Shown here in pieces: positions 19,776-29,319 of a DNA stretch of 64,000 nucleotides. The stretch lies in assembly GCA_965243135.1 (NCBI GenBank), contig OZ251539.1:800001-864000 (forward strand), given 5' to 3'. Origin of the DNA: Alphaproteobacteria bacterium (GTDB taxonomy: Bacteria; Pseudomonadota; Alphaproteobacteria; MPNO01; UBA830). Every line of letters starts with the position of its first letter. The first letter of the stretch is position 1. Under the pieces are notes generated by a model. The model did not search any database. It worked only from the letters and a program-made list of their open reading frames with translations, and was not told the origin of the DNA. The position numbers and the translations under genes were made by a program.

Positions 19776-20782
19776 CCGCCGCCGCGATCCTGGAATGCGA
19801 AGGCGTGACGCGCGTCTTCAGGATTCGCAAGGGGCCGCTGGCGCCGGCGCGTGCGTTGCGGGCCGTCAGCGACGTTTCCCTGTCGGTCACCCGCGGCGAG
19901 GCGCTCGCCGTGGTCGGGGAATCCGGCTGCGGCAAGACGACGCTGGCCCGCATGCTGCTCGGTCTGCTGCCGCCGACAAGCGGCCGGATCACCTTCGAGA
20001 GCAAGTCCATTCGCCAGGCCGGTCGAATCGCCGTCGCGCGCCAGGTGCAGCCGGTGTTCCAGGATCCGTACTCCTCCCTGAATCCGAGGAAGACCGTCGA
20101 GCAGATCGTGGGCTTGCCGCTTGTCGTCCACAAGCTCGGAACCCCGGCCGAACGGCGGCGGCGGGTGCGGGAAATCATCGAGCTCGTCGGTCTTCCCGGA
20201 CATCTCTCGCAGGCCTATCCCAACCAGCTCTCCGGCGGGCAGCGACAGCGCGTCGCCATCGCCCGGGCGCTGGCGATGAAACCGAACGTCGTCGTTTGCG
20301 ACGAACCGACTTCCGCGCTCGACGTTTCGGTGCAGGCGCAGATCCTGAATCTGCTGCAGGAACTTCGGCGCGAGTTGAATCTCACCTACATATTCATCAG
20401 CCATGATCTGGCGGTCGTCGAACGCATCGCCGACCGGGTGGCGGTCATGTATTTGGGGCGTCTGGTGGAGCTGGGGGAGACGGGGCGCGTATTCGAAGAG
20501 CCGCGCCACCCGTACACGCGGATGCTTCTGCAGTCGATCCTGACTCCGGATCCGGCGCTGGGCCTTCCAGACATCCGGGGAGGCTTTCCCGATCCCTTGA
20601 ATCCGCCGGCGGGGTGCAGCTTTCATCCGCGCTGTCCGGAGGCGAGGACGGAATGCGCCGCCTCGCGCCCCGGCGCCGTCGTCGACGGTCCCGATTTTGT
20701 CGAATGCCATCTGTGGGACGTCCGGGAAAAAGATTCGCCGCGCAAGCGCGTCGCCGCGGCGGTTTCGGGCGCGTCGCCCTGA
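19772..20782 (+). CDS. Oligopeptide/dipeptide ABC ATP-binding subunit (OppF/DppF-like)
   Basis: [34 protein letters not shown]. Confidence 0.9.
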   Translation: MTAAAILECEGVTRVFRIRKGPLAPARALRAVSDVSLSVTRGEALAVVGESGCGKTTLARMLLGLLPPTSGRITFESKSIRQAGRIAVARQVQPVFQDPYSSLNPRKTVEQIVGLPLVVHKLGTPAERRRRVREIIELVGLPGHLSQAYPNQLSGGQRQRVAIARALAMKPNVVVCDEPTSALDVSVQAQILNLLQELRRELNLTYIFISHDLAVVERIADRVAVMYLGRLVELGETGRVFEEPRHPYTRMLLQSILTPDPALGLPDIRGGFPDPLNPPAGCSFHPRCPEARTECAASRPGAVVDGPDFVECHLWDVREKDSPRKRVAAAVSGASP

Positions 20783-20844
20783 CCGGAAGCTCGGACGCGG
20801 TTCGACGTTCGGCGCGGTCCGCGCCTGCGGGGTCGAAGGCGGCG

Positions 20845-22263
20845 ATGGCGGAAAATAGCGTACTCGTCTGGTTCCGCCGGGATCTGCGGCTTGCCGATAA
20901 TCCCGCTCTCTCGTGGGCAGCCGATACCGGGCGGCCGGTCATTCCGGTCTTCATCCTGGAAGCCGGCGACTGCGGTCTCGGCGCGGCCTCTCGCTGGTGG
21001 CTGCATGGCAGTCTTTCCGCTTTCGGCGAGGCTTTGGAGCGCTTGAACAGCCGCTTGATTCTCCGTCGCGGCCCGGCCGAGCGGACGATCGCCGCGCTTG
21101 CACGAGAGACGAAAGCGGGAGCGATCGCGTGGAACCGCCTCTACGACCCCGGCGCTGCCGAACGGGACGGAAAGGTCGAGGCGCACTGCCGCAAGAACGG
21201 GGTAGAGCCGCATTCGTTCAACGCCTCCCTTCTGTTCGAACCCTGGACCGTCCGCACCGCTCAAGGTTCGCCATATCGCGTCTTCACTCCGTTCTGGCGT
21301 CAATGCCTGAGTCTGGAACCGGATTCCCCGGGCCCTTCGACGCCGTCGCCGGTTCCGCCCGCGTCGTGGCCGGCGAGCGAAGCGCTCGAAACCTGGAACC
21401 TGAGAAGCCATGGCCGGGCGGCGGCCTTCCTCGGCGCATGGCGGCCCGGCGAAGAGGGCGCTCTGCAAAGGTTCGAACGCTTCCTGAACGACGGCGTGAC
21501 GACGTATCGCGAAGACCGCGACGCACCGGGCGAATCGGGAACGAGCAGGCTGTCGCCGCACCTGCATTTCGGCGAAATCGGGCCGCGTCAGATTGCCGCC
21601 GCGCTCGGCTGGCTGCGTGAAGGGGAGGGCAGGAGCGCCTTCATGCGCGAGCTCGGCTGGCGGGAGTTCAGCCACCATCTATTGTTTCACAATCCTGACA
21701 TGGTCGCGATCAACCTGCGGCCCGAGTTCGATCGCATGCCTTGGCGGGACGACGCCGAATCCCTGCGGCGCTGGCAACGCGGCCGGACAGGTTATCCTCT
21801 GGTGGACGCGGGGATGCGCGAGCTCCGGACGACAGGCTGGATGCACAACCGCGTGCGCATGGTCGCCGCTTCCTTTCTGACGAAGCACCTGATGATCGAC
21901 TGGCGGCTCGGCGCGGAATGGTTTTTGGACGCGCTGGTCGATGCGGACTTGGCGAACAACAGCGCCGGGTGGCAATGGGTCGCCGGCTGCGGAGCCGACG
22001 CCGCCCCTTATTTCCGGATCTTCAATCCCGTCGCGCAATCGAGGCGTTTCGACGCCGGCGGAGGGTATCTCCGGGCCTGGTTGCCGGAGCTGCGCCGGCT
22101 GCCGGACAGGCTGATACACGCTCCCTGGCAGGCGCCGGCCGCCGCCTTGGCGGAGGCCGGGATTCGGCTCGGCGAAGACTATCCGCTTCCCGTCGTCGAG
22201 CACGCCGAGGCTCGCCGACGCGCGATGGACGCCTATCGAACGCACGTCAGGCGGAACCTCTGA
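20845..22263 (+). CDS. phrB: Deoxyribodipyrimidine (CPD) photolyase
   Basis: WFRRDLRLADNPAL, TSRLSPHLHFGEI, GWMHNRVRM, GWQW, PYFRIFNP. Confidence 0.92.
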   Translation: MAENSVLVWFRRDLRLADNPALSWAADTGRPVIPVFILEAGDCGLGAASRWWLHGSLSAFGEALERLNSRLILRRGPAERTIAALARETKAGAIAWNRLYDPGAAERDGKVEAHCRKNGVEPHSFNASLLFEPWTVRTAQGSPYRVFTPFWRQCLSLEPDSPGPSTPSPVPPASWPASEALETWNLRSHGRAAAFLGAWRPGEEGALQRFERFLNDGVTTYREDRDAPGESGTSRLSPHLHFGEIGPRQIAAALGWLREGEGRSAFMRELGWREFSHHLLFHNPDMVAINLRPEFDRMPWRDDAESLRRWQRGRTGYPLVDAGMRELRTTGWMHNRVRMVAASFLTKHLMIDWRLGAEWFLDALVDADLANNSAGWQWVAGCGADAAPYFRIFNPVAQSRRFDAGGGYLRAWLPELRRLPDRLIHAPWQAPAAALAEAGIRLGEDYPLPVVEHAEARRRAMDAYRTHVRRNL

Positions 22264-22487
22264 CGGATCTCTTTCGCCGGCCCGGCTTCCGCAAGCGACC
22301 GCGAGTCAGGTTCGTCGGCGCGCAAGCGCGCCGCAGGGCGGTTTCGCGGACCGCGCGCGGCCCGACTTCCGCAAAACGGTCGCGACGCCCGTTCAGCCGA
22401 CTGGAAGTCCGGCAACGCGGCGTCGCGACGGGCGGCGAAGTTCCCCGATAGTCTCTTCCTTCCGACGAAGCGCCCGGGCGCCGAACG

Positions 22488-24014
22488 TCAGCGAGCCGCC
22501 GCATTCTCCCAGTCCCACGTCCGCTCGAAGGCGTGCGCCGCGCGATACACGGTGCATTCGTCGAAGCGGCGGCCGACGAGCATGAGGCCGACCGGGCGGT
22601 CGCCCTCGCCGAGGCCGCAGGGAATCGAGATCGCGGGATGGCCCGTGACGTTGAAGGGCGCGGTGTTGCCGATGGCTTCCCAGCAATGCTGCATCGTTTC
22701 CAGGAATCCGGCCCCGGGCTCCGGGATTTTCGAAGTCATCATCCGGGCGGTCGGCATGAGCAACAGATCGCGGCCTTTCAGCGCGTCGTCGTAAGCGGCT
22801 GTCAGCAGCCGCCGCTGGTTCTGGGCCTTGGCGTAATAGCGGCCGCCGTAGGATCTGTTGACGTGGCGGGCGAACAACAGGCCGAATTTGAACGTGTCGG
22901 GGAACTCCGCCGCGCGCGGCGCGGCGGCGTGCATCGCGTCGACGAGCGACGTCGGATAAACGCCCGGAGCGTTCCAGCCGAATCCGTTTCCCCGATACAT
23001 TACGTTGTACATCCCGTCCATGCAGATGCCGCCCCAGATCGCCGGACCGGCCTCGTGCATCGGAACCGAAACGTTCTCGACCGCGAGGCCTATGGACGAA
23101 AGGTGTTCGGCGGCGGCCCTCACGGCGGCGTCAACGTCGGGATGGGAATCGAAGCGCTCGAAGCCCTCGCCGACCACGGCGACGCGAAGTCCGGCGGCAT
23201 CGCCCTCGAGCGCGTCCGCGTAGTTGTCGACATGCGGGACGCGCTGGCGCGGATCGAATCCGTCCTCGCCCGCGATCGCCTGCAGGAACAGCGCGTTGTC
23301 GGCCACGTCGGCGGTGATCGGGCCCGCGTGGTCGATGGTGTTCTCGATGCCCATAACGCCGGTGTAGGGAACCAGGCCGAAGGTCGGCTTCAGGCCGACG
23401 ACGCCGGAAAACGCCGCCGGAATCCTGATCGAGCCGGCCTGGTCGCCCCCGAGCGCCATGTCGACTTCTCCGGCGGCGACGAGCGCGGCGCTTCCGGTCG
23501 ACGATCCGCCCGGCGTGTATCCGGGATTTCGCGGACTGTGCACCACGCCGCTCGCCGAGGTGGAACTTCCCCCCGACACGCAAAAGTACTCGCAGACCGA
23601 CTTTCCGGCGATCGTGCCCCCGGCGTCGAGGATTCGGGTGACCACGGTGGCGTCCATGTCCGGGACATAGCCCTCGAGAACCGAAGCTCCGTTCATCATG
23701 GGAACGCCGGCGACGCAGGCCGAATCCTTGATGGCGACCGTCTTTCCGGAAAGGATGCCCTCGTCCGAGCCTTTGATTTCCGCCTTGACGTACCACGCTC
23801 CGTGCCGGTTTTCCTCGCCGGCGGGACGATGCCAGCCGCCGCGCGGATATTTCGCCTCGGGCAGCGGGTCGGGCATGTCGTCCAGGGCGTTGTAGGCGTC
23901 GGCGAACGGCTCCATGAAGGTCAGCACTTCGGCGACGTAGCGGTCGTCCATGCCGAATCCGATTTCGTCGCCGATTTCCTTCAGCTGGTCGGCCGTCGGC
24001 AGTTCGAATGTCAT
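22488..24014 (-). CDS. Amidase, paralogue of 16861-18426
   Basis: AIKDSACVAGVPMMNG, GGSSTGS, GDQAGSIRIP; GGAGG RBS. Confidence 0.92.
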   Translation of the reverse strand: MTFELPTADQLKEIGDEIGFGMDDRYVAEVLTFMEPFADAYNALDDMPDPLPEAKYPRGGWHRPAGEENRHGAWYVKAEIKGSDEGILSGKTVAIKDSACVAGVPMMNGASVLEGYVPDMDATVVTRILDAGGTIAGKSVCEYFCVSGGSSTSASGVVHSPRNPGYTPGGSSTGSAALVAAGEVDMALGGDQAGSIRIPAAFSGVVGLKPTFGLVPYTGVMGIENTIDHAGPITADVADNALFLQAIAGEDGFDPRQRVPHVDNYADALEGDAAGLRVAVVGEGFERFDSHPDVDAAVRAAAEHLSSIGLAVENVSVPMHEAGPAIWGGICMDGMYNVMYRGNGFGWNAPGVYPTSLVDAMHAAAPRAAEFPDTFKFGLLFARHVNRSYGGRYYAKAQNQRRLLTAAYDDALKGRDLLLMPTARMMTSKIPEPGAGFLETMQHCWEAIGNTAPFNVTGHPAISIPCGLGEGDRPVGLMLVGRRFDECTVYRAAHAFERTWDWENAAAR

Positions 24015-24167
24015 CGATTTTCCTCCTGCGGCGGGGTCGCGCGCCCCTCGGTTGTTTCCGGTCGTCGGTCGGGGAAGAGTATCGGAAAAGGGACGTTTCG
24101 GCACGGCGGGGCGGAGGACCGCGCCGTTTCGCGCCCGCGAATCCGACCGCTTCCGGGTTCCTCGAAA

Positions 24168-24545
24168 TCAGGGGACAGGCGCGAAGGATCTATGTCGGGC
24201 GGCATCGCGGTCGAAAGCGTAGGTCGTCGCACCGCGTTCCCGGTTGCGCCGGGCGATCCAGCAATCCACGAAGTCGGCGGTCGCGGTTTCGAATTCGCGC
24301 AGCGCAGCCCCGGCCGTATCGCGATCTTCGACGAGGAATTCGGCAGTTTGCGGAACGGATCACGGACGCGACGAGGCGCTTCTCGTAGCGGCAGGCAGCC
24401 GCCAAGACCCATGTCAGCTCCGCTAGAACCGGAATGCAGATGTACGACTCCGCCATGGCATCGGTTTTCGACGAGGCGTATCGCAGCTTCCGCCTGCTCG
24501 GGATCGTCCTGAGTGACGCACAAGAGCGTTGGTATTGAAAACAAG
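24168..24545 (-). pseudogene. Degraded PIN-domain (VapC) toxin, paralogue of 27396-27794
   Basis: Aligns codon by codon with the intact copy (TQDD.EQAEAAIRL, YICIPVLAEL.WVL, ADFVDCW, FDR) but has several 2-6 bp deletions and no start. Confidence 0.85.
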
Positions 24546-24734
24546 AATTGTGGAATCGCTGTTCACGTCTCATATGCGCTCGTCCGCGCATACATGCGAT
24601 AATCGTCTGTCATTCTATAATTTTCCTCGATTTCCGACTCGTTTTCGGTTTGCGTTGTCGCCGCGGATACGCTTCAATACGCCCCGGTTTCAGTTCGCCC
24701 GCTTGCGGAATGCTTACGGTAGGCACGGCGCACG

Positions 24735-25101
24735 GTGCCACTCGACCGGGCGCGCAAGGAGGCGACGGCGATCCGTCTTCTGATGCTCACCGTGTGCCGT
24801 CTCTCGGAGGTCCAGAATCTGCGCTGGGAGTATGTCGATCTCGACGCTGGCGAGTTGCGGCTTCCCGACACCAAGACCGGCGCGCGCGGTCCCGCTGGCA
24901 CTGTCGGCCGTGAAGCTGTTGACGACCCTGCCTCGCGACCCGACAACCCTGGGTGATCGCGGGCCGCAAACCGGGCGCCCATCTCACCGACCTGGAACAC
25001 CCCTGGCAACGCATCCGGGCGTGCGCCGGGCTCGACTATGTGCGCCGACCTGCGGCACTCCTTCGCCGCGCGCATCGGCGACAGCATCGAGCGCGATCTG
25101 A
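24735..25101 (+). pseudogene. Tyrosine recombinase (phage integrase) C-terminal relic
   Basis: Across frames: IRLLMLTVCRLSE, LRWEYVDL, PDTKTGAR, WQRIR..AGL, DLRHSFA. Confidence 0.85.
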
Positions 25102-25229
25102 CAGAGGTGGAATAACGGGCGTGCAGGATGAGTCCGTGCGAAACAGGATGTCGCCTGTCAGGACCGTCCCCGCATCACTTGGCGTATCTCAATTGAGATT
25201 CATATAGTTGGCAAATGGAGGAATGCCCA

Positions 25230-25529
25230 ATGCCCGCTCAGACGTCGATGCTCCATGTCCGCGTGGACGATCAACTCAAGACCAAAGCGGCCGACACGCT
25301 GGCTGGCGTTGGCCTGACGCTCTCGGATGCCGTGCGCATCCTCCTGACCCGTGTCGCCGCGGAGGGTGGGTTGCCGTCCGGTCTTACCACCGACCCCGAA
25401 GCCCATGACGCGTGGTTCCGCGCCAAGGTGCGGGAAGCCCTGGACGATTCGCATCCCGCCGCTCCACACGAACAGGTCCTGAGCGACTCGCAGGCACTGA
25501 TCGATGGAAAGCGCCGTGCGCGGTCTTGA
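25230..25529 (+). CDS. RelB/DinJ family antitoxin
   Basis: MLHVRVDDQLK...GLTLSDAVRILLTRVAAEGGLP, HDAWFRAKVREAL. Confidence 0.88.
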   Translation: MPAQTSMLHVRVDDQLKTKAADTLAGVGLTLSDAVRILLTRVAAEGGLPSGLTTDPEAHDAWFRAKVREALDDSHPAAPHEQVLSDSQALIDGKRRARS

Positions 25530-25982
25530 ATGGAAGACTTTGGAAGTCGCCGATGGCCATTGTCGATTATATTTCGGACGACAGGCCGCCCAAGCCCTGA
25601 AGGAAGATATCGAGACCAAGGTGTCGCGTTTACGGGACAATCCACGACTTTACAGAGTTGGTCGTGTGGACGGCACTCCGAGATGGTCGTGCGTTCGAAC
25701 CAGCAATTCCCGCTAAGGCGGGCGCATGTCCAAAAGGTACGCCGAGAAGGCGAAATTACCAATGGACAAGCCGCCACGACATAAGAAAATCCCTCATTCG
25801 AAGGCAAATTGCACCGAAATACCCAGAAAAATCTACGAAAAATTTTTCTGAAACCTCATATTTTCCAAGGATTAGAGCCTTAGCGGGAATTGCTGCGTTC
25901 GAACTACCTCGTCGTCTAAGACCCCCACACTGTCACGATACTTCGGGTGCTGCATGCTGTTCAGCAGTGGCCCGAAACATGA
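25516..25982 (+). pseudogene. RelE/ParE family toxin, frameshifted and interrupted by a MITE
   Basis: Fragments AIVDYISDD, IETKVSRL.DNPRLYRVGRVDGT, EMVVRSN|YLVV, TILRVLHA.QQWP. Confidence 0.85.
25701..25895. mobile_element. 195-bp MITE (non-autonomous relative of the IS at 4069-5717)
   Basis: Perfect 18-bp TIRs cagcaattcccgctaagg / ccttagcgggaattgctg; 9-bp TSD cgttcgaac at 25692-25700 and 25896-25904; AT-rich. Confidence 0.92.
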
Positions 25983-26099
25983 CGACGGGCAGTCGGCCAT
26001 CTCGACAAACGCTCATGATCGGAGCCTGCTCGCCCTGTAGCGTGTAACTGGTGGTTTTGCTGGCGTCGCGGCGAGAAGACAGGGCTATACGGGGCAGCC

Positions 26100-26453
26100 C
26101 TCAGCGTCACGCTCCCGAATTCTCGAACGGCAAGCGCCGCCGCCAATCGGCGCACTCTCGCCGCGGCCGCGGCGTCCCAGCGTATTGCCATGCTTGAGAC
26201 GCGCCTACTCCCGAAAGGTCGCCGCGTCCATCGGCAGGACGCTGTAGCCGGCGACGATCTGGTCGCGCCAGGATGCGAGTTCTTCCGCCTTAGCTTGGTC
26301 CTGCTCGCGCGTGATCTCAATGCCGGCTTGGATCTCGCCGACCGTGACCGCGGACAGGAACAGCCGATCCGCGGGAATCCCCCAATTCAGCACCCCCTTG
26401 TGAGGTCTGGGACGGCGGAGTTCCGAGACGATATTGGTGTCCAGCAGATCTAC
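26100..26453 (-). pseudogene. PIN-domain (VapC/FitB-like) toxin, inactivated
   Basis: LLDTNIVSELRR, LFLSAVTVGEIQAG; start reads GTA, in-frame TAG at 26205, frameshifted tail; lower boundary approximate. Confidence 0.82.
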
Positions 26454-26457
26454 CGGC

Positions 26458-26718
26458 CTACTCGAAGGCCGATGCCGGGCGGTGGCCGTGCCGCGCACGG
26501 GGCGGCGCGAGCATCTCCGTCCGGGCTTCCGGCGCGAGCAGCAGCGCCTTCAGATCGGGTTGCGCCAGTTTCCGCAGCCTCCGCCACTGTTCGATCGGCA
26601 GCAGCACCGCCACCTCCACGCCATGCTTGGTCACGATCTGCGGCCCTTCGCGGGCGCTCGCTTCGAGAAACGCGCTGAACCGGGCCTTCGCCTCCTGAAC
26701 CTGCCAAGTCTTGCTCAT
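26458..26718 (-). CDS. Phd/YefM family antitoxin
   Basis: WQVQEAKARFS...GPQIVTKHG.EVAV; AGGAG RBS. Confidence 0.9.
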   Translation of the reverse strand: MSKTWQVQEAKARFSAFLEASAREGPQIVTKHGVEVAVLLPIEQWRRLRKLAQPDLKALLLAPEARTEMLAPPRARHGHRPASAFE

Positions 26719-27395
26719 GTCTCTCTCCTTGGCGCCGATAGCCCTAACTACTTGTATGACCACCGGGAGCCGGCCGCAAGGCGGCGCGTTTCGGGAAAAC
26801 GCAGCGCCGGACCTCGAATGTTTCGCGAGACCGGCCGGAACCGGAAACTTTTCCCATACCCCGGTCGCACGCTGTCGCAAATCTGCGCTGGTTTGTCACG
26901 ATTCCGCTGGAAATCCGCTTCTTGACCGTGTTGTGGAAACCATACGTTCAATCTATGTTCGTGCTCATGATCGACGACACGCAGGCCCCGTGCGACGCCG
27001 ACGCTCCCGGTCGGCTTGACGGCGCGAACAACGCGGCTCGCTCCGAAATAACGGCGACGGACATAGCGCAAGTCCCGAGGCAGTCGCCGTTCTCGCAGGG
27101 CTCCACTACGCTGGCGGCAGGCTCAAGCGCAGGCGGCGCCGTGCTTGCCGAGATCTTCGCTCAAGCGGTTTGGCACGTTCGTTCTCGCGAAGGCCCGCCC
27201 GTACCCTGCACGAAGCCGTTGTCGGCGTCTTAGACTCGCAGGCTTCGGTCCGGGCTTCGACGCCTGCATGAACGGAGTTCTTCGCAAACGGTTTCCATGA
27301 TATCGGCGAGACGAGAGCGAGCGGCTCGCCAAGCCCGCGGCGGCCGGAGCGCAAAGTCGGCTCCGCGTTGGCAAATGCTTCGGAATTCGGCGATG

Positions 27396-27794
27396 TCAGG
27401 CGACGAGCGCGAAGGAATTTTGTCGGGCGGCCTTGCGGTCGAACGTGTAGGTCTTCGTGCAACCGCGTTCCTGGTTGAGCCGGGCGACCCAGCAATCCAC
27501 GAAGTCGGCGCTTCCGGTTTCGAATTCGCGCAACGCCGCCAAAGCCGTATCGCGACCCTCGACGAGGAATTCGGCCGTTCGCAGAATTTGGCGGAGCACG
27601 GATACGACGAGGGGCTTTTCGTAGCGGTAGGCAGCCGCCAAGACCCATGCCAACTCCGCCAAGACCGGAATGCAGATATATCCTGGCGACTCTGCCGTAC
27701 ATCGGCTTTCGATCAGGCGTATCGCTGCCTCCGCCTGCTCATGGTCATCTTGAGTGATGTAGCGTACAAGAACGTTGGTATCGAGACCGATCAT
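27396..27794 (-). CDS. vapC: PIN-domain toxin (VapC family), apparently intact
   Basis: MIGLDTNVLVRY, VLAELAWVL, ADFVDC, TFDRKA; ATGA-coupled to the antitoxin. Confidence 0.9.
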   Translation of the reverse strand: MIGLDTNVLVRYITQDDHEQAEAAIRLIESRCTAESPGYICIPVLAELAWVLAAAYRYEKPLVVSVLRQILRTAEFLVEGRDTALAALREFETGSADFVDCWVARLNQERGCTKTYTFDRKAARQNSFALVA

Positions 27795-28024
27795 CGTGCG
27801 ACCATTTGCGCGATGGATTCGTTCATTTCCTCCACGCTAACCGGTGTATCGGGTTTGGGCAGCATACCCTTCAGTTGCGTCACCGACGTCGTGACCGGCG
27901 TGACCCGCAGGGTGCCGTCGCTCTCCAGCGCAAAGTCGATTTTGTCCCCGGGTTTCAGGCAAAGCTTGTCCCGAAACCGTTTGGGCAGCGTTACCTGCCC
28001 CTTGCTCGTGATAGTCGCCAGCAT
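27791..28024 (-). CDS. AbrB/MazE/SpoVT-type antitoxin
   Basis: ATITSKGQVTLPK.FRDKL.LKPGD; alternative start 28039. Confidence 0.9.
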   Translation of the reverse strand: MLATITSKGQVTLPKRFRDKLCLKPGDKIDFALESDGTLRVTPVTTSVTQLKGMLPKPDTPVSVEEMNESIAQMVAR

Positions 28025-28382
28025 TACTTTTCCATTCATTCCTTACTATAGAGTAAGGGATTCGGTTGACAAACTCAAGGCCGGATGGCGAGACATTCAT
28101 CAAGCTCGTGACAAGACATTTGATCGGCGAGTCGTGAACGACAGATGTTTGTCCTTGGCGAGAAAGTGCGTCCGGCGGCGGGCCGGGCTCGGCCGAAACC
28201 GGAATGGGCAATGTCGCCGTGCCCGGGAACGCGGCATGGCTGCGGCGTTTCGTGGAGACCGGGCATGCCGCTTGTCGTCGACGGTCCAATAATGCTCGCA
28301 GGCGAACTCGCGGCCTGAAACAGGATGCCGCAGGCTCTCTTTCTCCCTTTTCTGCGTCCGGCTATAATCCCGCCATGAGAGC

Positions 28383-29210
28383 GTGGGCGAATACTGTACA
28401 AGCGGGCCGGTGACCCGCTTCGAGGATCAGCGGCTGCTTACCGGCCGCGGCGATTTTCTCGAAGACGGAAACGCGCATCGTCGGCTTCTCGGCCACGTGT
28501 TGCGCTCGCCACATGTCCATGCCGAGATTCGCTCTATCGATTCGTCTGCGGCGCAGGCGTTTCCCGGGTTGGTCGCGGTCGTTACCGAGCGCGACCATCT
28601 CGACGTAGGCCGGCGGCCTGTTCTCCATATCGGGCCGCCAGTGAAGCGCAGGGGCGGGCCGGACTTCTCCATGACTGCGTGCGCATGGTCGGCGAGGGCG
28701 TCGCTTTCGTGGCCGCCGAAACGGCCGTCCAGGAGCGGGACGCCGCCGAGGCGATGGACTATGCGCCGCTGTCGGCCCGCATGGACGCTGCGCTTCTTGA
28801 CGGCGGGCCCGGGGGCGACGAAGGGCCGGTTCGCGAGAGCGGCGACCGGGAGACGACCGACAAGGCGTTCTCCAGGGCGGACCGTGCCGTCGAACGCCGT
28901 TTCCGCCTGAACCGCGTTCTTGGCAACGCGATGGAGACGCGCGACTGCACGGCGATTCACGGCTGGCGAAGCGACCGTTGCACGCCGCGCGCTTCGATAC
29001 GGCGGGTCGCGCGCAGTGTCGTCGCGGACGGAAGATTTCTCCGATTTCCAGGTCAGGAAGAATGCGGCGCCGACGGCCGCCGATCCGCTAGGCGTCAAGG
29101 GAGTCGACGAAGCCGGCGCGCTGCCGGCAGCGATGAACGCTGTCGCGGAGGCGCTCTCTTCCATGGGAGCGGACGCTCCCGACATGTCGGCAACGCCGCT
29201 TCCGGAGGCG
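28383..29210 (+). pseudogene. Heavily deleted CoxL/XdhA-type molybdopterin subunit relic
   Basis: N-terminal RFEDQRLLTGRG, LRSPHVHAEI; middle VGEGVAFVAAET, NAMETR; C-terminal PLGVKGVDEAG...MNAVAEAL, in different frames. Confidence 0.82.
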
Positions 29211-29319
29211 CGCAGCGCGAAGGAGGCGCGACCCTCCGGGAGCCGAACGGACTGCGTGATTCTCCGCAGGCGGGCGCCGCCTCGCGTCGTCAAACCTCGG
29301 AAGTTCCGGGAGACGGGCG

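Noticed and set aside
9107-22263. FO synthase supplying an 8-HDF antenna to the nearby photolyase
   Set aside because: The genes are 9 kb apart in separate units, and the photolyase (GAASRWWLH) looks like the class III type generally reported to bind MTHF; not supportable from sequence alone.
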